Below, piece after piece: positions 38,151-48,769 of a stretch of DNA of 48,769 bases. Every line of letters begins with the position of its first letter. The first letter of the stretch is position 1. The position numbers were made by a program, and so were the translations under genes. This DNA comes from Catajapyx aquilonaris (taxonomy: Eukaryota): positions 1 through 48,769 of the forward strand of contig JYFJ02003008.1 in the NCBI GenBank assembly GCA_000934665.2. Reading direction: 5' to 3'. The notes beneath the pieces were generated by a model. The model was given only the letters and a program-made list of their open reading frames with translations. It did no database searches and was not told the origin of the DNA.

Positions 38151-38253
38151 CATTTTTGGTGCGAGTGTTGTCAGGCTGAGGCTGAGCCTCTGTTTGTTCG
38201 GGTTCGAAATACCTGCGGCGCCCACGTCGCCAACGGTACCTTGACTTCCCCAT
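38151..38253 (-). CDS. First coding exon of the same 144-aa protein: Arg-rich N-terminus MGKSRYRWRRGRRRYFEPEQTEAQPQPDNTRTKN
   Basis: ATG at 38253 is preceded by 17 nt of UTR and acceptor ATCTCTGCAG| (38271/38270) with an upstream CACTAAAT branch-like site. Donor AATG|GTAAGA at 38151/38150; 121-nt intron 38150-38030. Confidence 0.72.
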
Positions 38254-38455
38254 AGCCTAATGACCAAAACCTGCAGAGATTGTCGAAGATTTAGTGGACA
38301 TTGTTTAGGGCTAGGATTTTATCAGCGAAAAGTGAGAGGAAAAGATTGCCAGCATGGCCACTATAGAGAGGCCTCTAATTAGGATTAAGTCCATTGCGAG
38401 AAGGGGTAAAGCATAGGTGAGATTAAGGGAAGGGAAACCCAGCACTGTTGGTATA

Positions 38456-38659
38456 CAGTGTGCTCCATGTATTGTGGTCCTTTTAGTTATTGCAAATTTT
38501 GCCCGAAATGGTCATAACTTATTTTTTGCCCTATTGATGTTCGACCGCACCTATATAGGAATAATTTGACACCTCGACTGGGGCGCATAAATCTGCACAA
38601 AAATAACAACTTAGGGCGAAAGGGACAACCGCTCAAAAACCACAATATGGAACACACTG
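38456..38659. mobile_element. TA-flanked MITE inside the predicted 5'UTR intron
   Basis: TA|CAGTGTGCTCCATGTATTGTGGT ... ACCACAATATGGAACACACTG|TA terminal inverted repeats. Confidence 0.75.
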
Positions 38660-38928
38660 TATGATCAGAATACCCTGATGCCTCAATATAGCAGCGTTCA
38701 ATAATAGATTGAGATTTATCCACACTAAACTGTTAAACATTGTTGAGAGACAGCTACCGCTAACAAATAATGAGACCCTCATTGTTGAATCAAGCAGAAG
38801 TCTCAAATTAATCTACTTGAGACTTACATGCACAGGTGAATGGGAGGGGGGAGTCGTGGCCAGGGAAAAGTTGGCACCCGCTAAAACGCAATTAAGGTAG
38901 GTAACTTCAAACACGTGCACTGACTTAC

Positions 38929-39033
38929 CGATGTCAATATATCCTTAATTCCTGGATAATCTGAGAGTTTTTCTGATTAATTCAGCCGCTCGAAAAAAAA
39001 ACACGTTCTCACGCTTGTGTTCTTATGTTGAAT
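38929..39033 (-). other. Candidate non-coding first exon (5'UTR) of the small zinc-finger gene
   Basis: Consensus donor TCG|GTAAGT at 38929/38928, ATG-free upstream stretch, and an Inr-like ACATTC near 39033. The start position is a guess. Confidence 0.4.
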
Positions 39034-39437
39034 GTAAATATGGTTGACTTGTCAACCTGCACTGCATAGTTACCAGGGTAACGTCAACAATTATTGCGCG
39101 TCACAATATTACTTGTATATACTATTGAAGACGTCAGTTGCTAATATTCTAGGTACAAAATATAACTGATTATATAGCCTGTAGAGTTAATATTATAGAT
39201 TCACATTATTGGTTACGGGATTGGCTGTCATACAGGAGACATGTATAATTGAACGAACGTCACTGAATGGCATATGAATAATTATACGCCTTGGTACAGC
39301 ATTATAGTCATAATGATACTGTATATTTCTCATGAATAGCACTATAGCCTCTCTGAATGGCTAAATTAGGCATTCCAATCTTATAGGAGCTGCAAACCTT
39401 TAAAACCACTTACGACAACTCATTAATTCTACACATA

Positions 39438-39657
39438 CAGGGTGTTTCAACTTTTTTGTCCAAACAGTTATCGGAAATATTGCAGAATAAGCTGCTACTT
39501 TGTAAGCTGTGACTTGCAACCGGTTTGTCGGAGGTATGGGGAATATTCCCTGCGAGGCTTATAGGTTGAAGTGTCATACACTGCTTACAAAGTAGCAGCG
39601 TAGTGCAATATTTTATGTTTCCTATAACTGTTCAGACAAAAAAGTTGAAACACCCTG
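39438..39657. mobile_element. TA-flanked fold-back MITE
   Basis: TA|CAGGGTGTTTCAACTTTTTTGTC..AACAGTTAT...GCTGCTACTTTGTAAGC and GCTTACAAAGTAGCAGC...ATAACTGTT..GACAAAAAAGTTGAAACACCCTG|TA. Confidence 0.9.
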
Positions 39658-41123
39658 TATAAGGAAGACTGACAACACCCACGACGTAATCCCCTTGATA
39701 TTATGCAACCAGAGCTAGAGAAGGTTGCGTCACCAGTGTCACCGCAGACATCCGCCCCTTAATAATAAAATCAGAGTATAAATTATTCACAGGGTAGCAC
39801 TATTATTGACACTATTCCAAAAAAAATAACATATGTAAGTAAATTCCTGGAGCAAGTATGTGACAGGCCAGCACGTTCCACTCGAATAAATCCGGGCAAC
39901 CCCGAGTAAACCACCGCTAGCAACGATGTATACAGAAGGGGCCTTGTCCGGGGCCCCAAATTTGGATGCAAATGAGCACATAGGCAGAGTGTGGAATGTG
40001 GATGTATATTTGAAGTGGAAGAAGCGTGCTCTGGTGGCTGAGATGAGCCCCCAATGGTGGGCGCCATCAGGTTGTAATGCGGTGCATGCATGGTGCTTCC
40101 GGCCGAGAAAGAGCAGGGACCGCAGCAGGGAAAAGGGGCTGCAGCCATGGATGGTGGCTGGCGGAAAGTTGTGATTGGCGAAGGTTTCGGGGCACAAAGG
40201 AGGAGAAGCTCTCTTTTTCCATGATGGCGCTTGTTTAGGCGGCGCAAACCGGATTGCGGTGTTGACTGAGCCTGGAAGCCAGCTCCTCGCCAGACTATGA
40301 GCGCCAGTTATCGGATTCCCGGTTTGCCAGCCATCGCCAATCCGCCCGCCCTCGGCCCGCCGTTTACTTAAGGGCCCACAATGGATACTAATTCAATGTG
40401 CCGAGCCCGCACCGACGCTCCTAACGAACACCCTCTCCCTCCCATGCCACCCCAGCCTCACGCCCCCGCCTTTCGCACCCTTCCACTCGACAAGTTGTGA
40501 TATTTCCATGCGGGCCATATACCTCCCCCCCAAAAAAAATTTTTCAAAGAAAAAAAAGATGGCCGTTTGGCATTTGGCCAGTACTCAGGAAAGAAAAGAG
40601 TAAAAAGTGATGAGCTGAGAGAAAGAGCTGGCTGGCTTCCTTCCGGTGCCCTATCACGGGGGAGCCTATATGCTACTACATTGGAGACCGCCACATCCAC
40701 CTGGGGGAAAAATGGAGATGGCAGACAGGAAATATGACGATCGTCGTGCAGGAAATTGTCCCAGGGAAAGAAATGTGTGCGCTTCACGCCCACCCCCTTG
40801 CCAGTTCCCCCTCGCACCCTTCTGGTTGCTTCAAGAAGAAGGCAACTTTTCTCTCGGAAAATCCATCCAGGGAGAGGCTCCGATCGGATGCCAAACGTTC
40901 CAGAAGGCCTTCCCCCATCACTCTTGCACAGGGTGTGGCAGAAATTTCTTAGGACTATATCAGCCAGCCTGCAACTTCACTCGCTATGAAGTTTTGAAAA
41001 TGGTGTAGGTCAATTTATTGCCGTTTAAACTTTAAATATCATGTATTGTACAATTTCTTGATGTGCAAGATATCACCATAGCAATAAGTTGTATTTTAGT
41101 ATGTGAACTCCCATGTGGCCAGA

Positions 41124-41510
<387 letters not shown>

Positions 41511-43172
41511 GCCAGAAATTCAATATAGGCTACTTGTCTAACAAAATTTAATAAACGTATAGAAAAATTGGCATTTCTTTTTCTTTACTGCAGCACTTAT
41601 GCCACTGGACAGCCAAGCAGGAGATCTTGAGTTCAAATCCCGTACCCGTCACCTCTTCTTGGTTGGGTCTTTTCCCCTTTTATATACCGACGTCCAGACA
41701 GAACTGCAAGCCCTTCTCTGCCCAGAGCCAGGACGAAATGTCTGGATTTCAAAGAGTCTGAAAATGACTCGTAAACTATACCCGAGTGCCCTCTCTTGGG
41801 AACCATCATCCCCCTTCCCTATATAATTTCTTTAATAGCAACGTTCTTTACTCTCACACAACAATCAATGAAACATGCAGATAAATATTGTAAACAATAA
41901 GATACAGTATAACTTACATAATCATTATTCTTTTAACATGAAATGCCCCTCCTCTCTCTCTCCCCTCTCCCCCCTCTCGAAAATATTTCCGTAACAACGA
42001 TAAACCTTTAACAATATTGAGGAACTCAAAGAAAACATGACATACGCGGTATGCGAGACACACTGCAAGTAATATGCCTCACAACGTGAATTTTCAGCAT
42101 TACAATCATGTCGTCACTGGTAACTCATAAAACCAGGCACTGCGCCATTAAATTTTATTACATTGCATCCATCCATTCACGCTCTCCAGGCATAAAGTGG
42201 GTTGTATCATAAATGGACCACTCTGTATAATATAGTCTTCACTCTACAGTACACTAATATTAGCATAGCTTAATTTGTACAGTTATTTGTACAAAATTAG
42301 TCCATTTTAAATTTTGCAGTAGAAATAAACAATTATGTCATGTTAATGGGCATATTTTTTGCCGTGCCTTAAACATGTACTTTTGGGTGCAGAGCTGCCA
42401 GATTTCATTTTTCAGTTAAAAAATGCTTGGCTTTCAGTTTTTCATACTGATTAAGCTTATTATTGTTACATTTTTAAATATCGCTGTAGTGAACATAAAC
42501 AATAAACCATCGAGGCCACCTTCTTACAATATAATCATAATGTTTCATTATTTTTATTTCCATGATTTAATTTCATATAACTTATTATATTATTGTTATT
42601 TATTTACATATTTATATTGTTTTTGCGCGCGACTTTAACTCTTTCTATAGCCTACACTTGCAATGGCACTCACTCATTTTAAGTGCAAGTTCTCTCCCAA
42701 GTGATTCAGTATAATTATATTCTGCAACAATTTTGCATAGAATTTGAAAAAAGTTTATGAAACCTACAGAAAAATTACCCTAATAATAGTAGTGTTATTG
42801 AGTCAATTGAATAAATAGATGATTAACCCCGAAATTATGCTATTAATTGCAACAGGAGAAATAATATATTTCTAAAATCGTTCCAATTTTTTTTGAGAAT
42901 TCAGTCTATATTATACATACACAACAAAATAAGAAAAAGCAAAGTGAAGCTCGTGTATATATTGCTGATGAATAAAAATGGAAAGTATATCTCTTGATCT
43001 ATAGTTAATCAGTATAAGTAAGTTACATTTTGGTTCATAAGACGTGAACATTATTGAGAAAGTGGACCCAGACAATATGGTGTGACATCATTTAAGTGCA
43101 GGTCTACATAATACTGAGAAGCACTAACGTCCGATTTGTAATCAGCATCTAATAATATTATTATTCGACAGG

Positions 43173-43499
43173 GAGGGAGACGGAGTGGCGCCGCGGTAAC
43201 GCGTGCGCCCACGGAAGTTAAGGTCCCGGGTTCAATCCCCACCCGGGGTTCCCACCTTCTTTCGTGCAGAGTGAGACCGTCTCTGGCTTCGTTTCGGGTG
43301 GCGATCCTTTCACATATGCCACCCGGGGGAGTTCACAAAACGGCACATCAACGACATTGCACACGCACTTTGCACATCCCCTCCTACTTACCCTTGGAAC
43401 ACACTAAATACTATCTTAGTATACCGGTTCCACCCAAATGGTGGTATTCCACCCCCCTAAAGGAAATGTAACTCCCAATGGGGTAATGCAAAAAAAAAA
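43173..43499 (+). mobile_element. tRNA-derived SINE (family C, copy 2), full length with poly(A)
   Basis: A-box-like TGGCGCCGCGG, B-box GGTTCAATCCC, oligo-A tail. 13-bp TSD ATTATTCGACAGG at 43160-43172 and 43500-43512. Confidence 0.92.
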
Positions 43500-43926
43500 A
43501 TTATTCGACAGGCATAAATTAATTTTGTTTACATAATATTATTACTGCAAGATGAAACCACCTGCATACATTCAGTGAGATGGACAAGCGAGGGTGTTAA
43601 ACTACATTTTGTCTTTAAGAGTAGGCCTATCATAGCATACATGCTGATTTACTTGACCACACTGAAACTGACTGTGAGCATTTCGGATATGCAACTATAT
43701 ACGGCTGGTATTCAACACGGAGAATAATAATTTCACATTCTATTATATTCATAATTTTTAAATGATTACATAGAGACTCCACATTGCAGGGCATTATTAC
43801 AGTTATGATAAGAAAACGTAATGGCATGCCTGCAGAAAAAACAACATTTCGTATGGGGCTGCAAAAATAACAAGAAAACTTTGGATGGAATAAGTGAAAA
43901 TATCAGGGACTGTATCGAACAATATA

Positions 43927-44110
43927 TAGTATAGACTCCGGATATAACAGACTTCAAGGGACCCAGGAAATCAGACTACTATAACCAAGGTCTGTTATAG
44001 CCAGATACGCAGGCCATATATGGAAGTATGGCGGCACCAGCTTTTGAATCTCCTATATAACCGAGCTAGAATCTGTTATAGTGAAGGCTGTTATATCTGG
44101 AGTCAAAGTA
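43927..44110. mobile_element. pogo/Tigger-like MITE
   Basis: GACTCCGGATATAACAGACTTCA ... TGAAGGCTGTTATATCTGGAGTC inverted repeats, with internal TCTGTTATA/TATAACC repeats. Exact ends are eroded. Confidence 0.65.
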
Positions 44111-45874
44111 TCGTATCTTTTGCCACCCACATTTGATGGGCTTTATTAACGACTCTTATAGATTGCATTTAATTTTCCATGAAACACGACAACCCTACTA
44201 AAACCCTCTCCTTGTATCAAAATCATCAACTATCGAGTTATGAAAATGCTATGGACTAAAGATTACCTTTCCCTCACCTTGCAATGAAAGATTCCTGCTT
44301 CATCAGTCCATGTAAGTTCAATATGTAATATAGCTTCAATGTGCATATGATTATTACACCCAGTAATTTTATGCCATCATAATGTCCACTGATAACATTA
44401 CTATAAAGCAGGTCTTCGAGTCCATACAAAACAAACTGGGAATCTACAACAACTTTCCAATTGAACTACTATTGTTGCCAAATAGAGCGGAACTCAACAA
44501 TTGTGTGTTTTTTTTCACGGACACTTTGGAATCACATTGTTTTAGGCAAGTCATCATGAGAGATCCGCCAGTGAAAATAAATAATCTCAAATAGCTAAGC
44601 TTCAGTTATAATTGCCAAGAACTAGAGTGTGTCTAGAATATTTTGATTGTCGTCACACAAGAGTGAGAACATAATTCACATACACCACTGAGCCTGGAGG
44701 CAGCATGAGCAAAGAATAATTACACACACTGCAATGTTGCAATGGAGGAGGAAGGCCAGCCAGAGCCATCTGTCGGTACCACAATCGACCGACAGAAGTT
44801 CCAGCCTAGATGGCAGGAATGGGGGAGTGTGAAAAAGGGGGGTGGTTGGGGGGAAAGTTGACCACGCCTCCATCCTAAACCCCGCCTCCCAATGGGTGGT
44901 ACTGGAAGCCTCCAACAAATTGATTGACAACGCCAACAGACAAGCTTGAGCATCTAACCAAATGGCTTCCTTTTTTACTCAAGATCCATCTGCTATGAAC
45001 TACTAGTTGCCAGACACCCCTCTTGTTCACCTCTTCTCTCCGCCAAAGTACAATATTGAAAGTGTATCCAGAAAAGGTATCATAATAGTCCTATTGAGAA
45101 ATGTACTTTATTTTCATTTATTTTCAACTATATCTTTCTTCCTCACTTGTTTGTAGTCTACTCATAGTTACATAGTGTCAGAGTCATATTAGGAAATTTT
45201 ATTTTATCATGGTGGGGCATAACTTCTATATTTTTCAGGCATGATACTGTACACACATATTACAGGTTGTTATACAGAAACACATATACGCTATACCTCC
45301 CTCTTGAACTGAGGTATTATAGGCAGTGCACGAAACTGTAAGCCAATATTATTACAGCTCCGGAAGCGAGAGTCCTTATAGGTTGCGTGCGGAAATAGAT
45401 CATTGAAAAAGTAACTTTATCAAACAAGCAGGAGTTGTATAACGTAAAATTCAAACCCTGGAGTGTTCTTTTTTTGAATAGAATAAGTTTGTGGCCACTA
45501 ACTCAGTGATAATGTGTGTTCCCGAAAGTGCTGGAATATGCGGTCCACATAGTGCAGGGATGGACAATTCCCTTCGACCTCTTGCATCAGGGACGGTTTC
45601 ATTACCGATTCCCCACGGTCATTGACCTGTATGTCATTATACCCTTTGTGACAGGGCCATCGTTCAGTTTGTATACATCAGTTACGCATCACACTATTAG
45701 TACGCAGACAAAACCAATTATGGCTTGTATTTTAAAACTAAAACTAAAAACTGACATAAACTTTTTTCCCGAAATAGCACCGTGATATTAATGTAACACG
45801 CCTGGATATGCATGGCTCAGCTTACGTGTTATTCAGCAAAAGAATATTGCGATTTCAAAAGATTCGCCTATATG

Positions 45875-46261
45875 CAGAGTGTTTGCAAATTAGTCTGGCA
45901 AAAAGATATAATATGGGTGGTATAGGGGGTGCACATGGAAGAAGCATGACATGCGCCCATAAACCCGGCGACGAAGTTGACGTCGACAATGTCTATGTTG
46001 ACAAGTATACATATGACTGCATCGTTGCTGGTTGCAGGAGTCAGGCGGTTGAGCAAAGGTCTGGTAGTGAGACCCCGGCAACCATCGCTGCAGGCATGTA
46101 CTGAGGTATCCATACTTATCAGGATAATCATCGTCAATGTCAAAGGTCGACATCTCCAAAACGGATCGTCGCAGGTCTTTAGGACCCACGCCATGCCTTT
46201 AGACCATACGCACCCCCCTATCACCCATATCATATTGGCAGACGAATTAGCAAACACCCTG
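45875..46261. mobile_element. Old fold-back MITE with long imperfect inverted arms
   Basis: CAGAGTGTTTGCAAATTAGTCTGGCAA...ATATGGGTG..ATAGGGGGTGC versus GCACCCCCCTATCACCCATAT...TTGGCAGACGAATTAGCAAACACCCTG|TA. Weaker symmetry continues inward (GCATG...GCGACGA...GTCGAC). Confidence 0.75.
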
Positions 46262-46399
46262 TATAACTCATAATGCCAGCATATTGTAAGCTTACATACA
46301 TCAGTGTTCCATTGCACCCAATAAATGATAACAAGCTTACGAATTTGTCGATATTTACCTGCTATTGACGAAGATTTGTCAGCTGATCTTTTCTTTTCG

Positions 46400-46810
46400 C
46401 CTCTTCGTTCGAATGGGCAGAGGCCGATGACCCCGGGGTTTGGAACACAAATTGCCTGACAAATGACTCGCGCCATGTCACGTGACGTTCATTTAATAAT
46501 TAATATTTTACAAAATTACGTGTGTAATTTATCGTTATTATCACTTTAATTACATACACCATTAAAGTAAATCATATTCATAAGTAGGTTTTATACCAAT
46601 CGATCGACAGCAGGGCCGCCAACGGCCGCCAACGTATTACCCACCGAAGTACATTACCAATTCCTCTAATTCTAATCAAATGTTTCACCCCCCTGGTTTC
46701 TCCTCCCACCCACCAGAGGCGCTGCCTTCATCCCATTGCGCATGCGTGGAACGGAGGCCTATTGGAAGTGGCGGAAACAACAATATGCGGCCCGGGTCAA
46801 TCAGAGGACT
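46400..46810. promoter_or_regulatory. Putative CpG-rich, possibly bidirectional promoter
   Basis: YY1/Pho-like CGCCATGT (46471-46478), palindromic E-box GTCACGTGAC (46477-46486), AT-rich spacer, NRF1/Ewg-like TGCGCATGCG (46737-46746), ETS core GGAAGT (46764-46769), E2F-like GGCGGAAA (46770-46777), and a minus-strand donor CAG|GTAAAT at 46359/46358. Confidence 0.5.
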
Positions 46811-47516
46811 CGGTCGTGATGCAGGAGGATTTCAAAGTTAACTCACTCTTCCGTGGTTAACTTATAGATTAGTTACGATATAGATTTGATAGATAGAATT
46901 TAAGATATATGAGTAACCCTATACGTGCAATCAAGAGTGGTGCAATACAGGATACACCATAAAACATTTCGGACAAGATGCGTGACTATTTTCGATATAC
47001 CTCTGTGGGAAGGACCTACTGTTAGTAGATTAACACCTGTCTAAGGGTAATTATTGTGCATAATAAATTGTTTTCTCCCCTGATGTGACATTTCCTGTTG
47101 GTGTTGCGGTGTAGAGAAAGGATGTTACTGTGTTATGTACTGTACAATATAAGACTGAGAAGAGAGGTCAAAACCAGCAGGGTCGGGTATATTGAGGGCT
47201 ACCGCAGGGGTGTTTACGGAAGGAGGGTCCGCCCTTGTAACGTTACACCGAGTATTGGAGGAGTATAAGAGGTGTTTGGAGAAGAATGTCTATTTTCCTT
47301 GTGACTGTGTTCCTCCTATATAAAAGCCACTGCACAGCGACGCCTGTTGACAGTGATGCAATATTGTGCAGTGACATTCCACAGGTATATGATGGTGTCA
47401 ACAGTGCATTTCCGACAAAAGGTCGAGTGGCCATTCGACGATAAAGGTCTCAGTGAGGCAAGGTATATACAGTATACACGCATCAGGTCTTTACATAACT
47501 TACATAATATAATATA

Positions 47517-47581
47517 TGGGGTTCATTGTAATTACTAGTCCTAATATATTCTATTAGGACTGGTAATTACAATGAACCCCA
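47517..47581. repeat. Isolated near-perfect hairpin, 30-bp stem, 5-nt loop
   Basis: TGGGGTTCATTGTAATTACTAGTCCTAATA - TATTC - TATTAGGACTGGTAATTACAATGAACCCCA, with a single T.G pair. Confidence 0.92.
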
Positions 47582-48769
47582 ACACTACACACATAATATA
47601 ACTTATTACATAATTATATGCCGGTATTGATCTTTATGCACAGTATATAGACGATGATGGTACATATTATAATGCATTAAGTTATATGTTAATTATTAAT
47701 AAATTATCTCAATAACGAGGATAAGGAGGGACCAAATGAGACATCTGTAGAAAGTGTCATCCAGTGCTGACTATATATTTTATCCTGGATGTTTGTCGGA
47801 TTTCGTTGTAACTGCACATGAGCAGAGGATACTGATGCTGCAAATCGGATGATCATAAGATTACCTGGAAAATGGGACAACCCCTCACTCCTGCATGTGG
47901 CCTTCACTATTATGCAACTAACACGCTTTTTATTCTCAAAGTATCCTCTATAATAATTGAGTCACAGAAATAAAATTGGCTCTTTTACAATAAGTTCATT
48001 TATATAATAATTTTTGCATGATGTTGTTAAAGTGTATACAGGGCATTCCAATTGAAATGTCCGTATACAAGCACTCTCGTTCTATTTCCACTTATATTTC
48101 CACTTATTTGTTGGGTATATAAGTGGAAGAAAAGGATCAATTTTTTACACTTATTTCATGTGGAAATGGCTTCCACTATAGTACAATAGTTCGCAATTTT
48201 TAGCACGACTATAAAGTGTTTTTAACCAGTTTATTTGCAGAGTTACTTCTAATGGTAATCAAAAGTACAGGCATTATCTGCAAATACTGTATTAGACCGA
48301 GTTACCGACCACCAACTGTCTTCTTTTTAAATAATTTCCAAGAGTACGGCTTTTGAGTTCCGGTATAGGCCTGTACCGTATACTACTGGGAAAACTGTTT
48401 TCATTGCCGTTTCCTCGTCACGACCAGCACGACAACGAGAATATATTCGAAGTTCTTTCTTCCGATTTCCGAGATGTTTATATTTAGAATTGGGTCCATA
48501 TAATACGTATACTACGGATATGGACGGATGAGAGGAATGCTGAAAGTATAAACAAGCAAGCTGATAGGCAAAACCGGTCAACCACTGATTGTTTATTTTT
48601 GCTTCCATATATTGCTTCTTATATAGTATAGGCTATACAGTGACATACACCGAAGCAGTGGTGGCGGAGGGGATATGAGGAGCTTGCCAGCAAAACCAGT
48701 TCAATCCACAATTTGCAATTTTTCAGGAGGAGCCAATAAGTGATTACTCAATGCTGGTGGCAAAAGTGG

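Noticed and set aside
41600..41655. B-box-like GAGTTCAAATCCC, possible old SINE head
   Set aside because: No A-box, body match or TSD could be established.
44382..44594. ORF with KQVFESI, faintly like the LINE RT motif KQAFDSI
   Set aside because: It lacks the preceding catalytic Asp and all other RT motifs; too weak without a profile search.
45868..46476. 202-aa minus-strand ORF starting in the putative promoter
   Set aside because: About two thirds lies inside a fold-back MITE (45875-46261), it crosses a likely splice donor at 46359, and no domain is recognisable.
47704..48608. Possible spliced minus-strand exons (acceptor 48540, donor 48305, CAG|G at 47865)
   Set aside because: No frame stays open through the candidate exon 48539-48306, the signals are ambiguous, and the peptides are unrecognisable.

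Overview
Eukaryotic, most likely insect (arthropod-type SINEs, spliceosomal introns, Pol III tRNA); not prokaryotic, so no operons or CRISPR. Nearly all ORFs in the supplied track look spurious. Supported content: (1) a possible last coding exon of an upstream + strand gene at 3-89 (ends ...LPLPLSLTMPLLAPASPRRC*) followed by AT-rich, 3'UTR-like DNA; (2) about 35 kb of non-coding DNA with islands dense in TAAT/ATTA words, resembling the regulatory region of a developmental gene; (3) one intact tRNA-Lys(TTT) gene on the minus strand with a T7 terminator; (4) seven copies of tRNA-derived SINEs in four families, four with long target-site duplications and one nested inside another; (5) several TA-flanked fold-back MITEs; (6) three isolated near-perfect 65-100 nt hairpins; (7) a small spliced minus-strand gene the ORF track misses (CDS 38253-38151 + 38029-37698, 144 aa), with an Arg-rich N-terminus, acidic linker and C-terminal CCHC zinc finger, which is the best novelty candidate; (8) a CpG-rich, possibly bidirectional promoter at about 46.4-46.8 kb. 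No database search was possible, so every family name comes from motif recognition only.
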